Shown here in pieces: positions 12,375 to 23,575 of a stretch of DNA of 64,000 nucleotides. Source of the stretch: the human T2T-CHM13v2.0 reference genome, Homo sapiens; the NCBI RefSeq assembly GCF_009914755.1, contig NC_060934.1; one strand, 5' to 3'. The position numbers were made by a program, and so were the translations under genes. The notes under the pieces were generated by a model that saw nothing but the letters and a program-made list of their open reading frames with translations, was not told where the DNA came from and made no database searches. How positions within the stretch are numbered: the first letter of the stretch is position 1; each line of letters opens with the position of its first letter.

Positions 12375-13104
12375 TACACAGTACAAGTAACAAGCAAATT
12401 CCTGAGAGACTAGAGCGGCTGGAGTGCAAGCCACAGCCTGTGCGGGGAGGCCAGGCTGCAGGGGCGGGCAGACCCTGGGCCCCGGGTCTACGCTTTCTGG
12501 TCGCCACACTTCCTGAAGCACGGCAACACCCACAACATCCAGCTCAGGGAAGCCCCTGCAGCCCCAGAAACAGCCTATGTGCTATCTGTCGCCCCAGCCC
12601 CCAGGACAGCTTCCCCACACACTGAAAACACAAATCATTTGCCAAAAAGACTATGCTAGAAGGTCAGACTATCCTATCTAGGCTACAAGATCTCCACTTC
12701 GGTCTGCCATTAAAAAAAAAAAAAATCTTTCTCTTCTTTTCTCTTTAAAGAGGCATGACAGAGGGGTTTGACCAACAGCGTGGACATGGCAAGGTGTGGC
12801 ATCATTGCCAGTGTGGGGCCAGAGGGTGCCCGAGCCCCGGTGCGCGGCCAGCCTGCTGCATCCCTGCCGGCTGACGTCTGGAGTGACCGTCATTCCAGTG
12901 ACCACCCCCATAGCCACAGACGGCACGTCAGTGGAAACGGGGGTGCAGCAGGCATGACACCAAGGCAGAGCCCGCAGCAGGGGGCCCGGGGTTCCACAGC
13001 TAGGGAAGCTTGCTCAGACAGGCAGCACACCCAGGGCACGGCCACTCACGCCCCCGCACCAGGAGACCCATTTGGAAGTTAGTTAGGGTTTGTTTTGTTT
13101 TCTT

Positions 13105-13128
13105 TTTAATGTGGACTTCCCCTTTATT
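13105..13128 (-). terminator. Candidate proximal FAM53B poly(A) signals (AATAAA 13128-13123, ATTAAA 13110-13105)
   Basis: Two hexamers in an AT-rich island with upstream TGTA and U-rich sequence. Confidence 0.5.
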
Positions 13129-16100
13129 TAAATTTTCTTTCAGTGTACAAATTCACAAAACTGGCTACAAAAATTTGGTTGAAAAGTAAGGCTTTCTGAG
13201 AATGAAAATCTGTACGTCTGGTCAGAACAAGCTCCCCACGGGCCCAGGTGCACGTCTGCCCGTGCAAATCCGGCCTCCACCGCGAGTAAGGCAAGAGGGT
13301 ATGGCAACGAAAATGGCAAGGCTGTGGCCCCAGCCCCTGGGCCCCACGGGTGGACGGCAGCCCCTGGCAGTTTGGTGGCTTTGGAATGAGTGGGGTGCAT
13401 GTGGCACTAAGCCCCCCCCACCGCCCCGGCTTTCCTGCAGGCTTAGCCCGCGCTTTAGGACCCCATGAGCAGGCAGATGGCCTGGCACGGCTTGCTTCTG
13501 GCTCTGCCCTTCCTCAGTCTCCCCTCAGAGGCAGGGTTTGTGGGCAAGGCTGTGACAAAAGTAAGGCTCCTGCCACTGCCCCCAGCTGGGGCCATCATGC
13601 TGGTGGGGGTGAGCTGTCTGCCTGCTGCCCATGGGGACACCAATGTGGGGGGCACCTCCTAGGCGAACCTCCCTCCCAGAGGACTGAGATCAGAAGTCCT
13701 GGGGCCAGCAGGGTGGAGTGCAGGAACAGGCTGCTCCGGGCAGTGTGGCAGCTTGGATGATGGGGTGGCACCTTATAGATAGGGTCTACTCCCTCCAGTC
13801 AAAACACAAACATGAAACCAGCTAAAGGCCATTTCTTTCTCTAAGCAGAAGGGATAGCCACCATTTTCTCCCCTGACTGCTGCGTGGTGGGCACAGGACA
13901 GGCAGGCGGGGTCTGAGGAGGCTGGGTCATTTCTCCCTAAGCGCCCTGGGGCTGGGCTTGCTGGTCGATGGGACCAGCTTGCGGGGAGGTGGGGAGGTGG
14001 CTGTGACTCAGCCAGCTCCACAGCTTGTCCCTTCCTGCCACCAGGCCTGAATGGGGAGGTGGCAGGCAAGGTTTGAGGGCAGGTCACCCACACCCCAGTC
14101 CCACGACATATACCTGTCACCATGTGCCTCCCACCCCAGCCCTAAGCAAAGGTAGCTGGGGGCTGCTGCATGCCTCAGCCTCAGCTGGCACCGTCCACCT
14201 CCCTCACTGCCTCTGCCTTCCACAGGAAGGCCTGCTATAGAGGCTGTGTGCCCTCGGCCACACCGGGCATGTGGTGCCAGGACCCCCCACGCCCAGTGGT
14301 ACTCCGGGGGCAAGACATGGCCATGTGCTCTCCACATTCACCCAACAACTGCCCTGGCCGCCTCCACATTTGCTCTAAGAAGACATGGTCTCCATGACCC
14401 CCAGGCAGGGACAGGCCAAGATGTCTCTGTCTGCTCAGAGCCACCAGCTCTTGGGTTCGGCTGTCCGGGATCACAAGTAGACATGCCTCCGGCAGGAGCT
14501 ACAGCAACCAGAGGTGAGCTGGTTCCCCGGCTCTGGGACCTGCCCAGTGCCCGGCATACCCCATGTGTCAGCCACCTGAGCTAGCAACACCATCTCTCAG
14601 GGCTGTGGGGCTGGGGGCTTTCTGCCAGCTCCTTAAAGCTGATTTTTAAGAAGTGCCACCCACATATTGGGAACTTGAACCACCATCCTTTTGATGTAGT
14701 AAAAAAATAAGATTTAAACAACGTTTCCCAAAAAGCATCTTTCTTGAGGAGAAAGAAGGTGAGAAGCATCTGGACTCAACCTGCAGAAGCGAGGCGTTCA
14801 CTCGTCCATGAAGACGAGCAAAAGCAAAGTGACTACAAAAGTGCTTTGAACGCGCGTGTCAGCCAACACAAGGGAGCGCACCAGTTATTTTTAGCCTTAT
14901 GGGAAAATGAGCCACTTGCTCCTAAGCCAGCCCAATTGCTATTGTTTGCAGAAGACGCCACATTCGCTAAAAGCCAGATTCCCATAGAGCAGAGCCCATG
15001 TGGTGGTGTCTGCAAGGCAGCCGGAGAGGAGCTACAAACCTTGAGAGGAGAGCAAACCCTCAGGGGGCTAGGCTCCTCGGATGCCCCAGGGTGAGGAGCC
15101 AGGGTGGGGTAGGGGCAGGGAGCATGAATCCAGCTTTGTGCCGGTGGCTGGGCCTACAACAGAGATGCAGCCCTCAGGACTGGGCTCCCCCTAAGCTGAC
15201 AAGGGCGTGGGCTTGTCTTGAGGTGGGTGATGTGCCCTGGTTACAGCCAGCAGTCCTCAAGGACAAACGGGAGGTGCCTGGAATCCTGCAGGGGCCCCTG
15301 CAGAGTGGCCAGCGGACGCCCTTCACCCCTGAGTGCGCATAGGGCCCTCATCTGCCCACCTGCTCGCAGCTCCCGTCTCCCGAGGCCGTTTTCAAGAGGC
15401 TGCCCTGGTATCGTGCCATCCCTACACTCACCGGAACCAACCATGCTTATCACTCAGTGACCTGTCAGCCACAGAGAAGGGCTGCCATCTGCTAACCCTG
15501 CCCCAACGGTGGCAGAGCCATGGGGTCAGCCTCTCCATGCTGTAGGAGAGGCAAGCAAGTCCGTCTTTTCAGCCAACAGATCCACCAAATTTCTACCCAA
15601 CACGGGAGGCCCTAACAAGCACCCTCCAAATCGTTCCTTGGGCCCGAGACTCCGGACATGGCTTACCCTCTGGAGGGCCAGTCCAGCACCCCAGGGATTC
15701 TGTCTCTCACATTGGAATTAAGGCCAAATGGTTCTGGTGTTACAGAAGGAAGCATCTCCCGAACCTTCCCAAGCCTGAAGCAGGGAGACCTGGGAGAGAA
15801 GGCACGGAGTAAAACTGAGTGAAAGAAGCTGCGGGGCCGACTCCCCAGAAGTGAACCTGAGTGAGGCCAAGAAGGGCCCTGACATAGCAGATGGCCCCTG
15901 GCCCCCACCCCAGGCCCTCCCTGACAGCCCCCACCACCAGGGGGATACAGAGCGGTGCCCAGCTCTGCCGGGGACAACAGAGACTGCCCAACATCCCACA
16001 GGGAAAGAGGCAGAAAAGACGCAAACTTCAAAGCTGTCCTCTGGGCTGCAGTAGTTCTGTGGACCTGGTGGCTGCCACGCTCGGGGAGCCGGTGAGAGGC

Positions 16101-16297
16101 TGACACACCCGCTGTATGACGCGGCCAGGCCAGGCTCTCCCCCAGGCAGCAGGTGGGCTCCCTCTCTGGGACCCGACACCACTCAGGAAGCTTTCATCAG
16201 GCCCACGAGTTGGGCTCCCCTTCAAGGGCCCACCTAGTGCCCAGAGTGGGGGCTGTCGATGCCAGCACACCCCAGCCCTGCCTGGGCCCACACCCCC

Positions 16298-16660
16298 TCA
16301 GTTCTTCTCTATCTGCTCAATGTCCAACTCGCCGTCCAGGGAGCAGAGGCTGTTCCCAGGGGCCCCGCGGTCCCGCCAGGCTGCAGCCGGCTCCGCTCTC
16401 CTGCCACAATCCTCGTCCAGGGCGCAGCTGTCTGACTCCTCACAGGACAGGTCCTCCTGGCAGGCGAGGTGGTCGTCGAAGGAAGGGGGAAGAGGCTCAG
16501 GGACCGGGGTCCCAGCGGGGGTCCTGCCCCCTGGGCCGGAGGCTGAGAGCAGGGCGGTCCAGGCCCTGGTGTTGCTGACGTGGCGGGCGAAGGGGCTCTG
16601 GGGACCGCAGTCCTCTGTCCCTGCGCTCAGGCAGCTGAGGCTGCTGAAGGTCTGACAGTT
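16298..16660 (-). CDS. FAM53B: Protein FAM53B (Simplet), terminal coding exon, 120 aa plus stop
   Basis: Acceptor TGTCTGCCCCTCCACAG|AAC (phase 0); translation NCQTFSSLSCLSAGTEDCGPQSPF...SLDGELDIEQIEKN*, with the FAM53-family acidic C-terminal motif. Confidence 0.96.
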   Translation of the reverse strand, partial: NCQTFSSLSCLSAGTEDCGPQSPFARHVSNTRAWTALLSASGPGGRTPAGTPVPEPLPPSFDDHLACQEDLSCEESDSCALDEDCGRRAEPAAAWRDRGAPGNSLCSLDGELDIEQIEKN

Positions 16661-16994
16661 CTGTGGAGGGGCAGACACACAGGTTACTAAGGGTTACTCC
16701 CCTCCCGCAGCCCCAGGACTGCACACCCCACAAAGCAACTAGACCACCAGGCTGTGGCAAGACCAATCAAGTCCCGGGTTCCTCCTATCCAGGCAAGGAC
16801 GGGCCCATGAGCAACGTACTCATGAAGATGCACCTCCGGCCAATGAGCGCTCTGTGCTCATAAAGACACGCGCAATTCCACTATTCACCTACTAACTCGG
16901 CAAAGCACACAAATTTGATGCAGACCCAGTTCTGGGGGGCTGCGGTGAAACAGGAATGCTCCTAACACTTCGTCCACAGCCTTTCTGAAGCGCA

Positions 16995-17200
16995 ACCTGG
17001 GGAAAATATATCCAATTCCTTGATCAGGTAATTTCACTACTTGGATTTTTATCTTAAGAAAACATTCTAAGATGTGTGTAAAAATTTGGCAACATACCGT
17101 TAAATGGAAAAGAAGAGAGTAACCCAAACACCCTACAATGGTGGTGAAATCAATGTTTTTCAAGCAGGGACCTCTATGCAAACATAACTGACGCGCCGCG
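16995..17200 (+). mobile_element. Old L1 (L1ME-like) fragment
   Basis: AT-rich TTGATCAGGTAATTTCACTACTTGGATTTTTATCTTAAGAAAA resembles the L1M 3' region. Confidence 0.55.
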
Positions 17201-18580
17201 ATACTTCCCTTGAGAAGGGATCTGACTTGGAGGAAGCCCAGGCTGTAACTGCCCCACACAGGGCGACACGACGCCCGCTCTACCCACTCTCCACAACCAG
17301 AGCGGGAGCCGCAGGCTAGAAGGGGCCGAGCTGAAGTCCTGAGCCTGGTGTGTAACAGAGCCATGCAGGGAGCTGGGGAAACATGAGTTCTCGGCCTCAC
17401 CTGGAGACACAGAGTCTCTAGAAGGGAGTGGTCCTGTGCCCTCCACAGGTGCTGGGGACTGGGAGGTCTGATCTGCTGAGGAGGGGCCAGGCTCCAGGTT
17501 CTGGTGCTCGCCAGCTGGGGGCCTCATCTGGAAGAGGTGCATGATGCTCCCTGCCTGCCTTGCTGGGCCCTTTGAGGCCCCAGAGAGAGAGTAGGCTGCG
17601 CAGAAGCTTCTCCGCTCACCAAGTGTGCTCCCTCTGTGTGCTCCCAGGCACCAAGTGTGCTCCCAGGCTGGCCTGGGGCAGGAGGCAGCCTGGGGCCTGC
17701 CCGAGCGGCAGGCAGAGCTTGAACAGGATTTCAAGGGTACGCAGGCCAGTTCTGCTTGGCGTCAGCTGCCAGCGATGGGGGTAGGGCTGACACTGTGCAC
17801 AAGTGGGTGCAGTTCAACACCTGCTCCCAGGGCAGAGCACAAAATCCAGCCTTCTCCTCAGAATGATGCACATGCCACAGACAGGACAGAGGCTGAGACA
17901 GTGAGGGGCACTCCCGGCGCAGTCCTGGATATCCCCAACCGGACTGCAGCAACGAGGTCGAATAGCAGAGGGGAGCGAGGGAAGAGCTGCGCACAGAGGG
18001 CAGGGGGGAATTCCAGCCTTTAGTTTCTTCCCAGCAGATGGGTGGGGACTGGGGAAGCAAAGCAGGGCCTTGGAGCACCCGCCGCCTCCCTCGCCGCACG
18101 CCTGCTGACGCCAAGACCACAGACCTGTCCCGAGGGCCTGATTCTTTCAAAGGCTGCAGTGTTTGTGTGTCTCTTTGAAATACAGGTGATCACTGGCTGT
18201 CACAGCCAACAAGCTGTTGAACCAGCCTCAGCGGATGGGAAATAAAAGGCGCTCTCTCTGGAGGAAGGTATATGTGCCTGCCATGGGCACGCTCATTGTT
18301 CCTGAACACTCGGTGGAGGAAGCCGTTCTGATGGGTTTGCTTTTTTTGGAATCTTTTGATTAACTGAGAAAGGTGAAGGCTGAGGTGTTGGGGGGAGCTC
18401 TGCACGGGAACTCAGGAGAGTGGCAGGGGCACCCATTAGACTGGAGATGCTGGCCCCCCAAGGAGCCACAGGTCCACCCTCTGGGCCATGGTGGGATTCG
18501 ATGCAGCCCGGTGGTGTGCACACAGCACAATCCCCTCACCACGGCAGAGAGCTGGAGACGGCGACCCCTGCACAACAGCC

Positions 18581-18676
18581 CCAGGTTCCTCACCGGCTCC
18601 TGGCCAGGCCTGGACGATGGATCGGCAACCAGGATCCTCGCCTGCCCCTGGCCAGGCCTGGGCGATGGACCAGCAG
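18581..18676 (+). repeat. 48-bp tandem duplication
   Basis: CCAGGTTCCTCACCGGCTCCTGGCCAGGCCTGGACGATGG at 18581 and CCAGGATCCTCGCCTGCCCCTGGCCAGGCCTGGGCGATGG at 18629. Confidence 0.88.
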
Positions 18677-19424
18677 CTCCCAAAGCGAACCTGCCGCTTG
18701 TGAGGTGGAAGCCCCAGTGCTTTCGAGGGGAGGGTCTCTGAGGCTCCTCCTGCTTCTCAGCCACCCTCTTGACTGGCCTAGACCTGAGCCAGGACAGAAG
18801 GAGAACTGAGTAGGGGGCACAAAACAGGGGCAAGATGGCCCAGCCTGGGTGGCCTCAGCCGTGTGTCCCGGGCTCTGCTGAGCCAGGCTGCCCCGACAGA
18901 GGAGGCCTAGGGTGAGGCCAGGATGCGTCAGGGCCTGAGGTCCCCGGGGAGCCTGACCCACTTTCTCCTGACCCTGGCTGAGCAGCCTGTTTCTTGGCCT
19001 GTAGAGCAGCCACGGTGTGTAAGGATAAATAATCATGTCCAGTCAAGGCCAGAGCAGCCCGGATGACATGCTGTGAACAGGTTCTAGGTGGGTGACAGGG
19101 CACTGAGGCCGACTGCCTTGGGTGTCAGCCACATCTGTTGAGATGCGTGTGCCTGACGCCCGAACGCGTGCCAGCGTTTTCTGCGAGCTGTCATGTGAGG
19201 GGCCTGGGGCGTGGCCTGCTGCGAGTGTTTTCTGTGGCCTCGCACGTGAACGCAGCAGGAGCGCAGCCTGCGCAATCGGACAGACGCCGCACAGCGCTTG
19301 TCTGTGCTCACCCTCTCGGTCCTGCTCGGAGCTTCCCACTGACCTCCTCTGGCATAAGGCGCAGGTAGCGGGGGTGCCTAACTTATGGCCACCATGATTG
19401 TGTGGGTCTCGGCACTAACCGTGG

Positions 19425-19751
19425 TGCTACGGTCGAAATTTGTGCCCCCCCCCCCCCCACCATTCCTCAGTGCAAAAGGTGGGGCCTCTGGGAGGTGATG
19501 AGGTCATGTAGGGGCCTTCACAGATGGGATGAGGGCCCATAACAGAGACTGGAGGGAGCGCAGGTGCCTCTCCAGCCAGACAAGGATGTGAGAAAGTGCC
19601 AACTATGAAGAGCAGGCCCTCACAAGACCCCGATCCTGTTGGCACCTGGATCTTGGACTTCCCAGCTTCTAACTAAGAAATACATTTCTGCGGTTTATAC
19701 GTTCCCCAGTCTAAGGCATCTTTGTCACAGCAGCCCAAACAAAGTAAGACA
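19425..19751 (+). mobile_element. MaLR solo LTR, MLT1A-like
   Basis: TG...CA termini (TGCTACGG...TAAGACA); internal GGTGGGGCCTCTGGGAGGTGATGAGGTCATG and GGCACCTGGATCTTGGACTTCCCAGC. Confidence 0.85.
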
Positions 19752-21699
19752 CTTTATGCATTAGCCATAGCCAGGCACGGGCACTGGAGACCCATTAGCT
19801 AGACCTTTCACAGACGTGTGGCTTTTGCCTCACTGCGCCCTGGAAGGGGCTGAGGTCAGACAGGCAATACAGAGGCAGACTCCATCCACATGGGCATCAC
19901 GGCGCCAGGCAACTCTTCCACCTCTGGGCTGCAGCCAGCCTGCCTGCCGAGTCAGGGTGTTCAGGGCTATCTGGACTAATTGGGCCCTTTCTGCTGTGAA
20001 GCAGGGGGAGTCTACAAGGAAGGGCTGGTGAATCTCGTCACAAGCAAACCCCAGAATGCCACTGAGTCTCCAGTATTCTTCAAATATACCTGCTTCCTGG
20101 CCACAAAGCCAGCGAAACCTTGAGAATTCCGTTGACTCAAAACAGCCATTTCAGCCACAGTAAAAGAAAGCCAAGAACCACCCACTGTTTGCCCCAGCTG
20201 GTGGCGAGCCCCACCTGTCAGGAAGGAATGTGACTGCCACAATGGGGCGGTGTGTGTTCTGCCCAGAGCCCCATCCCTCGTGAGCAACCCCCATGCAGAC
20301 ACCCAGGGTGTGCCACACCCAGGCCCTGCAGCTGCCCTGTGCCCTCCATGCCCCGGGGCAAGGTCCCGCCCCAGAGTCTCCTAGCAGCTCTAGCTACCCC
20401 ATGGAAGAACACTGCACAGGCAAGTTGGAAGCCTGGAGGCCTGTGTGCCCTCAAAAATGTCTGCAAAAAGCCGCAAAATGGCTAAGTTCAAAGTGCTGCA
20501 TGAACACATTATTCCAAGGTGAAAGTGCTGCTCCAGGACCAACTGTCCCCCAGCCCGTCGACTTCTGCTCTCTTGACATCCAGCCCCAGCCCTGGGCTGG
20601 GCCACCTACTCTGGAACAGGCTGCCCAGGTAAAAAGCTCAGTGGGAACTGTCCCTATGGCCTCAGGCTAGTGGCCAGGGACATGGATCAAGACCTACTCC
20701 TAGAGTCTGCAAAAGGCAGACCACAGCAGCCTGCTAGAGAGGCAACTTTGGGATGGAGGCCCTGCCTTTTCCATCAGACCCCCTAGACCTCAGCTCTAGC
20801 CACCAAAGAGGCCCTGGCCATTCCCGCTGGCCCCAGCTGGGGTTTCCTGCTCAGCCTGCCCCAGCCGGCCTCCCTAGGGCTTCCCAGCTTGGAGCAATGA
20901 CCCCTCTTCTGCAGGGCTGTTCTGTGCAGATATTTATTCCCATACTTTCTCCTGAGTCCACGGGGATACAGACAAAGGTGGCCTGGTCCTTGCCTTCTAG
21001 GTACAAGCTGAAATACAGACCTGCCTCAGGAAACTCATCAACTCAACATATCAGCTCTGTACTGCTGCCAGGCAGACTGCTACTCACTCCGTCCAGCCTC
21101 AGCCCAACAAGCTCATTCCCTCTCCCAGGTGCTGCTGTTCCTGGGCCAGCAGGGTGAACACGTAATAGAGACGCTAGAAACATCTCCTGAGCTGAACTAA
21201 ACCACATGTTTTATCAGTAGTGACCCAGAACCCACTCTGGGCTCCGAAGGGCAAGGCCTGGGGAGTGGAGGGGGAAACAGCCCCAGCATTTGTCTAGGGA
21301 CTGCTGTCCCTAGAACTCATGAGCTACGGCCCCACATGCAGGAGTGGGCATCCGGTGACAAAGACAAAGCTGGCTGGTCAGGTGATATGTCTGGGAGCAG
21401 ATAGTGACCACTCCCCTTTGTCCCGGTTGCCTCCTCCGAAGGAGGCTGCGGTATTCTCACCCCCTGGGCCCTGGCTCTCCACTGAACCTGGAGGGTTCCG
21501 GAGAGGAGAGTGGGAAACTAGACTCTGCAGCTGGAGGCACTGAGATCCTCCACTGGCCAAGTGGCCTCACTTCCCGTTTCCTCCCCTGGGAAGCAGAACT
21601 GCTGTCTCTGGCCAGGCTGCTTCACAGGGCCACTGCAAGGATCCTAAGAGGAAAGCCAGGCTGCTGGTGTCCCGCCTGGAGTCCCAAACCCACAGCAGT

Positions 21700-22083
21700 G
21701 CCCACTCTCCACTGCTGTGAGTGTTGGCTCTGACAGTTCATGGCTGCCCCTTCCGGAACTACTCTGGGCTGGGAGATCTAGGATAGGAAGGAGGTTACCC
21801 TTTCCCTTTGGGGTCACCCCCAGCCAATGACCAACAGGTGCAGGGACAGGAGCTGTCCCTCCTCTTGGGCGGGATCAAGTCCCACGTGCTAGTCACACTT
21901 CGCAGCTCCCAAAGCACCAGGCTGAGAAGCGACTTCAGCTGAGCCCACCTCTTTCCTGGGCCTCTGCAGTTCATGGGCTTCCCTCGCCTCCCTGAAGGTT
22001 CTTGCTGGGAGCATCCCTCTCTGTGTCACTGGCACGAGAATCCCCGGCTCAGGCCCCGCTTCTAGAGACCCAATCTAAAGCCA
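21700..22083 (+). mobile_element. ERVL LTR, LTR16-like
   Basis: CCCCAGCCAATGAC near the 5' end and terminal AATCCCCGGCTCAGGCCCCGCTTCTAGAGACCCAATCTAAAGCCA resemble LTR16; 5' boundary uncertain. Confidence 0.6.
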
Positions 22084-23185
22084 CAGGTAAAAGCACCCTG
22101 GGTGTTAATGTAGTTATAGGTTATGCACCTGCTTCTTAGTACTACTATTCTTTCTAGAACGGGAATGTCAAGCCATGGTCAGAGACTGGCCACGGGGCCC
22201 TGTGGGGAGTCCAGTTCCTGGCCCCAGCCTGCCTGGCATGTGCTGGGGAGGGGTGGTTGTTGGGGACGCCTCTCCTCGGTTAGTCGGTGTCTTAAGTGTA
22301 GTGCCCACATGAGGCTTCCTCTGGGCCCCTGCCTGCGCCAAGCCCGTCTCCCAGAGGTGCTCAAGTGCCTCCCTTTTGGGCAAGCGAAGACCACTTCCCT
22401 CCTGTGCCACTGCTCCTCATGGCGGGACCAGCTGCGTTTCCTCCTTCCCTTGCTCTCTCCCTCTTTTTAGTCCAGTTTTATGGCGCTCTGTGTTAGAGGT
22501 CTTCATGGAGCTACCTCGAGTCCCTCTGAGAAAGGGCCATCAACAAGCCCAACTCACAAGTCACGAGCAGAGCTGGTCCCCAGCCTGGCCTGGCAGCTGC
22601 CCTGCTGAAAGCTGCAGGGGCCCCAGGCTCTGGCTGAGTGGACGCATTTCCTCCCCAAACAGACGCTTGCATGAGAACAGAATTCTCCAAGTATCAAGAA
22701 AACACCAGGCTATGAGAATGGATGGCCAACAGCCTGGAAATTTTCTAAGTCCCATTTGTGCTGGAAGCTGGCACAGAAACAACCAAGACGGCAAGGCATG
22801 TGGTTTCCTAGGCTTTTTAAAAAACTATTTCAGAAAAGAAAAAAAGGCACAAGCATATTTTTGGCCCATCTTTAACCCATCTCTGGTAAATCTGGATTTT
22901 GCGTGAAGGCCGTACTCTTTCTCACAGGAAGCTGCTGCCCCTGCCCCTGGGGCCAGAGGGGTCAGGTGGTGGTGGCTTCTTTTCCTCTGAGGCTGCAGGT
23001 GCTAGAGATGCCTCGAAGGCTGTGGGCATGGCCAACCTTTCCCTAGGGGCTGACTGCCCAGGCTCTGCAGGGCCCTTCCCCTGGGCATCTGGTCTTCTGC
23101 TGCTGCCCAGCCACCTCCTGTGTAGGCCAGGTCAGCTGCTCGCCCAGGGCCGTGTTGGTGCCCAGTCTTAAAAAGGGATAGCATC

Positions 23186-23575
<390 letters not shown>

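Larger units (their letters stand above)
12349..16297 (-). other. FAM53B: FAM53B 3'UTR (~3.95 kb)
   Basis: Lies between the stop codon (16298-16300) and a canonical minus-strand AATAAA at 12374-12369; no recognisable Alu/L1 inside. Confidence 0.88.

Noticed and set aside
16661-16678. N-terminal MSAPPQ of ORF 16298..16678
   Set aside because: It is intronic polypyrimidine tract and acceptor; the exon starts at 16660.
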